64,000 nt of DNA from a virus: the IMG/VR virus record IMGVR_UViG_3300046710_000057, positions 22,339 through 86,338 of that record. One strand, given 5' to 3'. Shown in pieces: positions 30,032 through 38,817 of the stretch. The translations under genes were made by a program, and so were the position numbers. The notes beneath the pieces were generated by a model. The model searched no databases, was not told the origin of the DNA, and worked only from the letters and a program-made list of their open reading frames with translations. Numbering within the stretch: the stretch's first letter is position 1; each line of letters starts with the position of its first letter.

Positions 30032-30347
30032 TGGTGGAGGTGGCGAGACTCGAACTCGCGTCCGAAAAGTTCAATCCCAAACATCTACGAGTGTGTTTAC
30101 TGTTTCTTCTGCCTTGCCTATGGTCAGTAACTAGCCAGCATCGTCTTTATGGAATCACTGTTCCTGGCTTTGGGTTATACGGTAGCCAGAAGACCGCAAT
30201 CGTCAGAGACCCCAATGGAGTCAATCTGGTCGATAATTGACTGTGAAACGTTCGCTTTTGATTGTTTGATAGATTCTTAACGAGGCCAACTATCATCCTC
30301 GACTCGCAGTTTGTTCGATTCCTCTCCGTCGATTCCAATTCACCCCC
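30032..30347 (-). ncRNA. ssrA: tmRNA
   Basis: 5' GGGGGTGAA...TCGACGG; 3' GGACGCGAGTTCGAGTCTCGCCACCTCCACCA with G3.U70; tag frame starting GCG AAC. Confidence 0.93.
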
Positions 30348-30532
30348 ATATTCAATCGCTCAAACCAGACACTTACACTACAGAGTGGGTGTGCTCCGAT
30401 CACCGAACCACGTAATACTGCCGACTTTCCAGGCCGACCGTGCAATTCTACTAGCGATGAGACTGTAATCCCAAGCGTTTCGTATGGCTCTGTGTCTACC
30501 TGTTACAGCAGGTTGTCTGAGCGATTGAATAT
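30348..30532 (-). ncRNA. 185-nt rod-shaped RNA, 6S RNA-like
   Basis: 15-bp terminal inverted repeat, interrupted rod with central bubble; lies between tRNA-like gene and tmRNA. Confidence 0.55.
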
Positions 30533-30535
30533 AGG

Positions 30536-30607
30536 CTCAGGGGAGAGGATTGGCTACCCCCATCACTGCGTTTATCAGACCCAGTGCTCTCGTTGAGCTA
30601 CCCCTGA
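30536..30607 (-). tRNA. Degenerate tRNA-Ile(GAT)-like gene
   Basis: TCAGGGG/CCCCTGA acceptor, GCTC/GAGC D-stem, CTGATAA loop; aberrant T-loop TAGCCAAT; G.G mismatch in anticodon stem. Confidence 0.6.
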
Positions 30608-30614
30608 GACGCTG

Positions 30615-31111
30615 TTACGACGAATGCTTCTCGATTGCCTCGGTCAGTTTCTCTTCGATCTCATCACTGATACCGAGGTGCATAACGGTAGCACCGCCTT
30701 CTTCTTCCATCGTCGTTCGCTTGCCGATCATACTTCTGGCAGTCTCAATGCCGCCTCTTACGCCACCAGCATGGATTATTTGGATTGCTTCGTTGTTGAC
30801 CTCACCAGTGGACCGGAGCGAGTCTATGACCACCTTAGCTGCACCGTCGCCGTTGTCACGATCATAACCCCAAGGGTCGATCTGATCTTTGGCAATATCG
30901 ACCTTCATAACTCTGCCTACCAGGTAGTCAAAGTAGAGGCGTCCTACTCCAACAATTGTCTGAGCGGCTTCGACAGTCATTGGGGCAGGGTCATACTGCA
31001 TGAATCCCATCCCCTGCGGCCTAGCTGCATTATACAATGCCGCTAATACTGCCGCCTTGTCGAGTCCAGCGATGTCTATGACTCGAAAATTGTCTACTTC
31101 CTCTGTTTGCA
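30615..31111 (-). CDS. Hypothetical phage protein
   Basis: IDIAGLDKAAVLAALYNAARPQGMGF...; AAAGGA RBS. Confidence 0.7.
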
Positions 31112-31133
31112 TTGTGTTGTCCTTTCGTAGATT

Positions 31134-31449
31134 ATTATGCCGGTTCCTGTTCAACCGGCTAAGTCACCTGTCTGTTCCAGGGTCAACGGCTTTTTACAGG
31201 CTCGTCCTGTCTTCGGATTATTTCACCGTGCCGTACCACGCGAACACTTTGGGCCAGAGGTTGTTATCGGTCACTGACAAAAATCGAACCTTAGCAAGTT
31301 GTCAGTCTTGCCAACTTTGACTGGCCCTAGATGGCAGTGAGGTTCAGTATCGCCTCAAAGCCAACCTTTGCAGAGATGGGGTTACCAGTGTAGTCGTCTT
31401 TTTCCCCATAAGACAGACTGACAGGGCTTGCACTAAAAGCCTCTGCAAA
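31134..31449 (-). ncRNA. Candidate multi-domain structured RNA
   Basis: ORF-free; 9-bp, 6-bp and two 7-bp helices. Confidence 0.5.
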
Positions 31450-31450
31450 T

Positions 31451-31592
31451 TGATAGGGGCCAAGGAATTGAACCTTTGCTCTTACTCCTTTTCGTAAGTT
31501 GCTTCAGCGACTAGTACGCTTACTTAACCAACCGTTTGGAAAAGGCGAGAATCGAGAGATTATTCTAGCTTACTCTCTCTCCAATGCCCCCA
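31451..31592 (-). ncRNA. Enlarged tRNA-like RNA (142 nt)
   Basis: Acceptor TGGGGGC/GCCCCTA, T-loop TTCAATT, inserted D-loop and variable arm. Confidence 0.55.
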
Positions 31593-31596
31593 CGAA

Positions 31597-31721
31597 CTCC
31601 CTTACCCACCTTCGTTCAATACTTCTTTTTTAGCTACTGTCAGGTAACTGTTAGTCCGTGCTGACACACCGCTAAACCGGCCTTCCCTTGACCGGAGTCT
31701 GAACGAAGGTGGGTAAGAGAG
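31597..31721 (-). ncRNA. Candidate structured RNA closed by an 18-bp perfect helix
   Basis: cttacccaccttcgttca (31601-31618) pairs with tgaacgaaggtgggtaag (31700-31717). Confidence 0.5.
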
Positions 31722-31731
31722 CTTGCGCTCT

Positions 31732-31899
31732 CTAAGAGTACATCTCAGGGTCCATATCGAACTCTTCCTTGCACTCTATGTCATCGAAGTAATACTTCTT
31801 GCCGTTGTAGGTGCATTGAATTGCCGAATCGTTAGCAACCACAGTCATGCCACAAACAGGACAAGAAGTAATATTGTTATCTCTATCTTCTTCCAACAT
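31732..31899 (-). CDS. YHS domain protein (not in ORF track)
   Basis: CPVCGMTV...YNGKKYYF..IECKEEFDMDPEMY. Confidence 0.8.
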   Translation of the reverse strand: MLEEDRDNNITSCPVCGMTVVANDSAIQCTYNGKKYYFDDIECKEEFDMDPEMYS

Positions 31900-32363
31900 T
31901 ATAATGCCTCCACGATCTTTTCGAGATCAGTGTCTATCCGAACAAACGGCTTAGGCACTTCGACCGCAATAGGTTCCCCTGCTGCGTTCTTAGGCATCGT
32001 CTTAGTGTCCTGGCACAACAGATCGAATGCCGCATCGTCCAACTTGAGACACATCTTGTGCTCGATAGCCCATTGCAGAGCGTCTGCTGGGTCATAGAGG
32101 CGAGCAGTGCCGTCAGCTACATTTACGCCTGGGAGAACTTTTTTGTTCCCATTGATTCCGTAGTACTCCAGAGCTTCTGCACGGATGGTTTTCTCTCCAT
32201 TGGCGACGGCGATTTTGAGCAAGTCTTCTTTGTCCCAAAGTGCTATGTTGGCAGCCTTGAACTTAGCTTCTGCTTCCTGCCTCTTCTTGGTAGCAACCTT
32301 TGCTTCGCCTCTGTCAACGCAGAGCTTCTTGAGTAGTCCCTTGAGTGGTTTCAGGCCGATCAT
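31899..32363 (-). CDS. Hypothetical coiled-coil protein
   Basis: 154-aa ORF coupled to neighbours. Confidence 0.65.
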   Translation of the reverse strand: MIGLKPLKGLLKKLCVDRGEAKVATKKRQEAEAKFKAANIALWDKEDLLKIAVANGEKTIRAEALEYYGINGNKKVLPGVNVADGTARLYDPADALQWAIEHKMCLKLDDAAFDLLCQDTKTMPKNAAGEPIAVEVPKPFVRIDTDLEKIVEAL

Positions 32364-33314
32364 TGACCTCTCTCCTTTCTATACGCGATATATGACTTCT
32401 TGATGCACAATCCACAACACTTACCTGATTTCGGACTGTCCAACTCGATTGATTCTGTCATCTTCTCAGTAGGTGCTCCACACCTGGTTACAGTGTCATC
32501 ATCATCGTTAGGGCGATGGAAGAAATAGTACATACCATTCGGTCCACGTCCAGGTTTCTTTACCCAGATTGCCACTATATTCTCCTAACTACACCCTTTA
32601 CCACTACCTACTATTATTGTCCGGTTTGATCTTGGGTATGTGTAGTTTCATCACGGCGAGCAAGCTATCGTGTCATGAACAGTAGTCCGACGCCCATACA
32701 GGACACGCCTAATCCCATAATCGTTCCGGCCAATGTTGGACTAGCGACGCACCAGATCGCTCCACCCATGCACACCAACATAAAGACTGCTTGGATTGCT
32801 TTCATGGTTCACTCCTTCTTGGTAGCCGAGATATGCCAATCGTGTTCACCACAACTTGACGGACACGGTGACTTGTAACCAGCTAAGCACTCCGCACTAG
32901 GGCTGTAGCAAGGAAACAGGTCTGATAACTCACAGGCACAATCTGCATCCTCGTTGAATAATCCGTCGTAACCTTGTTCTTTCAAGGCATTTTTCACGAC
33001 ATCTTTCAGCGACAACTTCTTCATTGACAATGCCTCTCCATTGCTGCTTGCAGCTTGATCTCGAACTCTTCGTGCGGTATCCGTAGTTTCTTGTCACCAC
33101 TGAGCAGATTCATATGTCCGCCAGTGAGTGACCCCCAGATATTCTGGGACATCACAAACCCATCCTCAACATCACGATACGCAATGATCGTCTGATAGCT
33201 GTAGAACAGGGTTATCACTTCCGGTATGGTCACTTTCAACGTGTCCAAATTGCCGTAGTGCTTCGTCTTGTGTGGAGTTCCGTATGATTCCACTCTTGGT
33301 AGCTCTCTGAGCAT
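32360..33314 (-). other. Small hypothetical CDSs (32360-32575, 32809-33030, 33021-33314)
   Basis: Co-oriented ORFs with RBS, Cys-rich. Confidence 0.55.
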
Positions 33315-33570
33315 CTCTGAGAGTCCTCCTTTGCTTTCGCTCGTGAATCTCACGCGCCAATTCACCGACAAGGTGATGGGGAGAGTAGTGATTTTCAGCC
33401 TCACTCAAGTCGATATTGAACACAGATTCGAGTTCCAGAATGATCTCGTAAATCGCTTTGTCGTCGTGACAATTGACTTCGCAAAACATTGTGTCAGGTT
33501 TGATCTTCTCAATTGACACTCTCATCTGTCGGCTGATAATCAGCGCAACCTGCTCGAAAGTACTCTGCAT
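33172..33570 (-). CDS. ACP-like protein lacking the phosphopantetheine Ser (Ser to Asp)
   Basis: AGGAGA RBS; MQSTFEQVALIISRQMRV...HDDKAIYEIILELESVFNIDL aligns with ACP helices; directly downstream of fabF. Confidence 0.65.
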   Translation of the reverse strand: MQSTFEQVALIISRQMRVSIEKIKPDTMFCEVNCHDDKAIYEIILELESVFNIDLSEAENHYSPHHLVGELAREIHERKQRRTLRDAQRATKSGIIRNSTQDEALRQFGHVESDHTGSDNPVLQLSDDHCVS

Positions 33571-33598
33571 GGGTTGGTGTTCTCCTATTGTTTTGTCG

Positions 33599-34837
33599 TT
33601 ATTTGTTTCGCCCAAATACGAGCGAGACATTGAATCCGCCGAATCCAAAACTGTTGGAAAGCACTGTATTGACTTCCCAACTCATTCCTTCATTGCAAAC
33701 GATCTTGCTTGGATTGAACTTGCTATCCAAACATTCGACGTTGATAGTCGGCGGAATATAGTTGTGTTGAATTGCTCCAATAGAGATCAGAGCTTCTATC
33801 GCGCCTGCTGCGCCTTGCATGTGACCGGTAACCGGCTTGGTCGAACTGACAAGCTGAAAGATAACTGGGCCAAACCCACTAGGAAACAACTCTTCAATTG
33901 CCCCCATTTCAGCTTCGTCGCCTTGGATAGTTCCAGTTCCATGTGCGTTGATATAATCAACGTTGATTGGTTGAATACCTGCGCTTTGCAGGGCGAGCCT
34001 CATAGCGTCGTATGCACTGTCAGCGTCAGACTGAACTACAGACATCGAGCTTGAAGCTGTGCCGTAGCCGAGGACTTCTGCATATATATACGCTCCTCGT
34101 CTTTGTGCGTGTTCCCATTCTTCTAAAACGAAGATTGTTGCTCCTTCGCCAAGAACAAAACCAGATCGGTTTTTGTCGAATACTTGATATTTGTCATCTC
34201 GTGACAACGCTCGAATTGTATCAAATCCGACATGGATAAACGGTACAATCGGATTGTCTGACCCACCGGTTACTACTACATCCAGAGACCCACTGCGAAT
34301 CATTCTGAATGCCTCTCCAATAGCATGACCACCACTGGCACAAGCTGAAGAGACCGTAAACGATGGGCCTTCAATCTTCAGGTCCATTGATACAGAGGCA
34401 GCAATCATACCTTGAGAGCCATTGTTGAAGTGGGAGTCCACTCGACCGGTTGACACAAATCGGTCATAGTGTTTGAATGCTATTTCCATAGCGCCCATAC
34501 TTGAACCAATCACTACGCCAACACGATGAAGATTGATGTAAGCATCTGGGCGGTTGTCCGGCGTACAACTATCTTTCCAAGCGTTACGTGCAGCGATCAT
34601 AGCATACAACGACACTTTATCTTGTGATGTTCGTTGTTTGATTGGAATATCGTCCAGAAACGACAAATCCTTGATCTCTGCTGCAATTTGCGCGTGACAA
34701 GTTGTAGCGTCAAACCTTGTGATTGGTCCAACTCCAGACTTTCCTTCGCTGACTGCCTTCCATACCTCTTCAGGGGTGTTGCCAACCGGACTGACTACGC
34801 CGATACCAGTGACGGCAACTCGTTTGTTTACGAACAT
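33599..34837 (-). CDS. fabF: 3-oxoacyl-ACP synthase II
   Basis: RVAVTGIG, SACASG (Cys), NAHGTGT (His), K..TGH..GAAG (His), SNSFGFGG. Confidence 0.95.
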   Translation of the reverse strand: MFVNKRVAVTGIGVVSPVGNTPEEVWKAVSEGKSGVGPITRFDATTCHAQIAAEIKDLSFLDDIPIKQRTSQDKVSLYAMIAARNAWKDSCTPDNRPDAYINLHRVGVVIGSSMGAMEIAFKHYDRFVSTGRVDSHFNNGSQGMIAASVSMDLKIEGPSFTVSSACASGGHAIGEAFRMIRSGSLDVVVTGGSDNPIVPFIHVGFDTIRALSRDDKYQVFDKNRSGFVLGEGATIFVLEEWEHAQRRGAYIYAEVLGYGTASSSMSVVQSDADSAYDAMRLALQSAGIQPINVDYINAHGTGTIQGDEAEMGAIEELFPSGFGPVIFQLVSSTKPVTGHMQGAAGAIEALISIGAIQHNYIPPTINVECLDSKFNPSKIVCNEGMSWEVNTVLSNSFGFGGFNVSLVFGRNK

Positions 34838-35364
34838 GATGTGTCCTCCTCTAACTCGTCTGGGTGACCTGAGCGACTACGCAATCTTACAATACTTACC
34901 AGTGGCGTGTCAAACTTGTTTTCGAGGTACGCCTTGAGAGTATACCCATGTTCGTTGATAGCATCCAGGTCTGAAGATGTGAACATCATCTCTTCTGGTA
35001 GCTTGTTGCCCTTTGCCGTTGACTCGTGCCAAACCAGTAGGAACTTGTGTAGTGTGGAAACACGCACATTGAAAGTCCCATTATCTTGGTCGTTGTCAAT
35101 CGTAACGTCGTACAGATGTTGACAGTTAGAACAAGCCCACCTATATCCCTTATAGATGAAGTTCAAGTCAATACCAACCGACATTTCGACCGGCTCACGA
35201 CAGCAGAAGCATGAAAAGTTGAGGTGCGACTGAATGCAATCAGTCGTTTCTGTGTTTCCCATAGTAGTAGTATTCACCTCGTTGGTGTTGTTTATGGTCT
35301 CCTCCTTGGTGGTTGCTTGGTTAGCTGGAACAATCCTCGATTGACCCCAGAGTGTTTTACCCAA
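34828..35364 (-). CDS. Hypothetical protein with CxxC motifs
   Basis: ORF coupled to fabF start. Confidence 0.55.
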   Translation of the reverse strand: MGKTLWGQSRIVPANQATTKEETINNTNEVNTTTMGNTETTDCIQSHLNFSCFCCREPVEMSVGIDLNFIYKGYRWACSNCQHLYDVTIDNDQDNGTFNVRVSTLHKFLLVWHESTAKGNKLPEEMMFTSSDLDAINEHGYTLKAYLENKFDTPLVSIVRLRSRSGHPDELEEDTSCS

Positions 35365-35949
35365 ATTAGACGAAAATAACTTGTCTGTGGCTGTCTGCTA
35401 ATGTCGAGCATAGTATAACATGAAATGTTATACATGCTGGGACATTTACCAGCCATCCTCTGCCAAAATCTCCACCAAATTGGATATTTCACTCTCGGAA
35501 TCAACGTGTGTTGCTCTATAGAGAAGCAAGCGAGCTTCGCTCTTTTTTCGGCGATTCTGAGGAGTTAGAAGTGAGTCTCGACACCTCCCCAATCGTTGAT
35601 TTTTGCCTTGTATAATGTACGGAACTCTTCTTTTTCCGATTCATCTAACTCGGCTACATCTAACAGATTGGAGATGTTTTGTTGTAGATCATAGGCGTCA
35701 CCGATGAACGTTTCGCGACCCAACTGAGGCAGACCTCATATCCTATGATTGCCGCCATCTTGGGCGACATATCTGTGAACCTACTCGGATGGAGTTTCTC
35801 CTTGAGCATCTGGCCCTTCCTTTCTTGGCAGTCGTGCTTACTCATCTTGAGTGCTTCCAGATTCTCCAATGTAGTCAGTCCATTTAGAACTTCGGCTATA
35901 ATATTCGGCGAACCTGGAGTCTCGTTTTTGACAACATCATTCTCGTCTG

Positions 35950-36804
35950 TCATTGTTTTGTCCTTTCGTCGGAAAGTGTGCAGTAGACTTTCTTCACAAA
36001 CATCGTGACCCAACCTTCGCCACCCATAGTGCTTAGGTTTTCATAACCTGTGACCACAATAAATCCTCGATTGATTAGACGCATTGCGTAGTCACAGTAT
36101 TCTTTGACAGGCTCAGGTCTTTCGTCATCGAGAAAGTAGTCTGAAAACTTCGGAACAGCAGAGAATCCTGCATCAACGACATCTTGATTGTCGCCTCTGA
36201 AGAACATTCCACTGATCTTATGAGCCTCAAAGTCCTCATAAGGCAAACCATTGGCGAATATATCCTCTTTGTAGCACTTCAGGCATACAATCTCACATTC
36301 GCTAATCCATTTGCCATGAGGATTGAGTCCGATGCTATCAATCACCTCTCGATAGCACCACTCACACATAAAGAAGCTCTCGCCGTAAGAGTCACGGCAA
36401 CTATCAGAACAGAAGACCTTCTTTACGCCGTCGTCGTCCCAAGCTGACATATAGTACATACCACCATACTCATCTTCGTAGTTGTGTTTGATGAACTCTT
36501 TTCCACAAGAGTCACATCGACCTACTTGAAGCTCGTGAGATTTGGCGAATGCTATTCTACACGCTTGCGAACAGAAGAACTTATCACTATACTCATCAAA
36601 AGGGATAAGTCCAAACTGGGGAGCGTCCTCATCTTCTACAAGATCGAACACGATCTCATCAGGTGAGAACGTCTGGAACCCACCACATTGATGACAGCTA
36701 GGTGTTTGGACCTGAACTGTGCCGATACGGACCTGAGCAGCAAGTCCTGGGTATCTCTGCTCAAAGTCCTTGACAGCCTCTTGCGGAGTCGGTAGACCTT
36801 TCAT
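35950..36804 (-). CDS. Multi-zinc-finger (TRASH-like) protein
   Basis: Repeated CxxC...FCSxxC units. Confidence 0.65.
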   Translation of the reverse strand: MKGLPTPQEAVKDFEQRYPGLAAQVRIGTVQVQTPSCHQCGGFQTFSPDEIVFDLVEDEDAPQFGLIPFDEYSDKFFCSQACRIAFAKSHELQVGRCDSCGKEFIKHNYEDEYGGMYYMSAWDDDGVKKVFCSDSCRDSYGESFFMCEWCYREVIDSIGLNPHGKWISECEIVCLKCYKEDIFANGLPYEDFEAHKISGMFFRGDNQDVVDAGFSAVPKFSDYFLDDERPEPVKEYCDYAMRLINRGFIVVTGYENLSTMGGEGWVTMFVKKVYCTLSDERTKQ

Positions 36805-37233
36805 CGTGTTCCTTTCTGAGCACCTTAGCGTTGTGTTCGTCGCGTTCCTTCTCATAGAAGAAGTGCCGGTCAATAGCCTCTGCAATAGCCTTGAGACCGT
36901 CTGGGCCGGTGTCGATGCGCAAAGTTCCAGTGTGGTGCTCAATACACAATGTCTTCTCGCCATCGACATAGACGCGCTGATCTTTCATATCGAAGGATAC
37001 TCTGGTTATCATGCTCATCTTGCACCTCCAGGGCAGTCCAAAATCTGTGTAGCTCCTCGTATGGCTACCTGATCTTTGACATCGACAAGGGCATGGCGGT
37101 GGCAGGCTTTACATTCGCCGATTGCTGTGCCGGTGTGCAATTTGAAGTGTTGGAATCTACCCAACTTATGCCCTCGGACAGTTGCTTTTTGTTTAGCCTG
37201 TTTGATTAGGCGATCAATCTTTGCCATAGCTAC

Positions 37234-37845
37234 CTATCTCCTTATCATGTCCATGAATGTCATACCACCAGGCACACCTCGAAAGGCATTTTTGACTTTT
37301 TGTGCTGCCTCTTCAACCGAGCACACTTCCTCATACGCATAGCGTAACTCTCTGTCTCGCTGTGTGGCACGCTCGTATGCCGGAATAGTCTCAGCATCTT
37401 CAAGGCCAGCGATCTCATCCTTGTCTGCTTCGTCATCGAGTATCTTTGCTCCGTCGAATGCAGGGTGATCTACCACAGAGAGTGCTGTCACTATGTCCGT
37501 ACTGACGTTCATCCGAATGTTATCATTGCCAATGTCGTTTGTTGGCGTAGATTTACCTGCTGGTGGCAGGAACTCGAACGAAACAGCAAGACATTCAGTG
37601 AAGGCTAAGAAGTCGTATGCTACCCTGGGCATAACCAGGGTAGCATATATCTTTCGGCCTTTGATGAGCCAATTCTTGACGTAACCGAGTTTGGTATCAA
37701 ACGGTGACTCTTGATGGCATAGGTTGATGTCAGGCGCAAAATGCGTGCTCATAATTGCTCGCCTGACCTCTTCAAGAGGAAACTGGCGACCATCCTTTGT
37801 AAACTCGCTTGGTAACACACAAGCGATCTTCGTCACGTTGTCCAC
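37234..37845 (-). CDS. Protein resembling P2 GpO/Mu-type prohead scaffold-protease domain
   Basis: TKDGR...INLCH...LGYV...VSFEF...LSVVDHPA pattern. Confidence 0.5.
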   Translation of the reverse strand: MDNVTKIACVLPSEFTKDGRQFPLEEVRRAIMSTHFAPDINLCHQESPFDTKLGYVKNWLIKGRKIYATLVMPRVAYDFLAFTECLAVSFEFLPPAGKSTPTNDIGNDNIRMNVSTDIVTALSVVDHPAFDGAKILDDEADKDEIAGLEDAETIPAYERATQRDRELRYAYEEVCSVEEAAQKVKNAFRGVPGGMTFMDMIRR

Positions 37846-37859
37846 TTGATGACTCCCTT

Positions 37860-38816
37860 CTAGTCGCCGTTCTTACCGGCCTTAGTGATTCGATCATTCA
37901 AAAGGTCTGCGGTATACCAGACGAATCCAGCATACATAAAGCAGCACTCTGATTTGGTAACCAGATAAGCAACCGTAAAGCCGCCGATTGCACCGACCGC
38001 TATAATCGCAAAATACCACCCCTTCAGAATGTGGTGGCACGCTACTGCCTTGGTAGCGATGTGGTGATTGATTCGTCTAACATGATCTTGCATTCAAACC
38101 TCCTCAATTGTTTTGGCGAATCTCTTACCACGACCCATTGATGGGCCGTACAACGATGTAAACCGGCAACATAACAATCACAAAGATGCCGATAACCGCC
38201 ACAAGAAGCTCCATGCTCGTCTCCTTTACAGGCTATCTGCCAATCCAAAACAGACAGCGATCAAGTTGTTGACGTTGGTGAAGAAGTTTGTCAACCAGAA
38301 GAACATTGTGATAACCCCTTCCTACAGCAGTTTCTCTGCTGCTACCACACAAGCGCCAGCGATAGCGTTGCCCCAAAACTCGATGGTCAGTGGGTTGCGT
38401 GATCGGATGTAAGCGTCTGCTTCCTTATCACAGTGCTTGCAAGTGCCGATGACGCCATCGTAACCAGTCAGGAACTCTGTTTCGAGTTTGTGTCCCTGAG
38501 CCTCAGCCTTTGCGACAAGCTGACGCTCAGCCTCTTCGACTGCACACAAACCAGGGAGGATTCGATGCTTGAGATTCGTGAAAATTGCGGACATTAGTTA
38601 CCTCTCTTTCTTGAACTTGTAGACAGGATTATGCGGAAGTTCCTCAACCTCTCGCATAATGTGGTAGTCAGTGCTAAGATCGTGCAGCGCGTCGTACACC
38701 TCTGGTATTGCACCAGATAAGAAGAACTCGCCTGCTTTGGGCTTTCGGAACTCACCTATCTTAGCAAACAAGCGTCGATCAAAGACGCCTGCTCCTCTGT
38801 AGACTTCGGTTATCAT
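37860..38816 (-). other. Small hypothetical CDSs (37860-38093, 38322-38594, 38598-38816)
   Basis: Co-oriented ORFs with GAGG RBS. Confidence 0.55.
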
Positions 38817-38817
38817 A

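Noticed and set aside
29889-30338. ORFs 29445-30080 (N-terminal part) and 30147-30338
   Set aside because: They overlap the tmRNA; the secreted gene has a better RBS and start at 29888.
31660-31700. SRP RNA helix 8
   Set aside because: CCGGTCAAGGGAAGGCCGG lacks the CAGG...GGAA...AGCAG signature.
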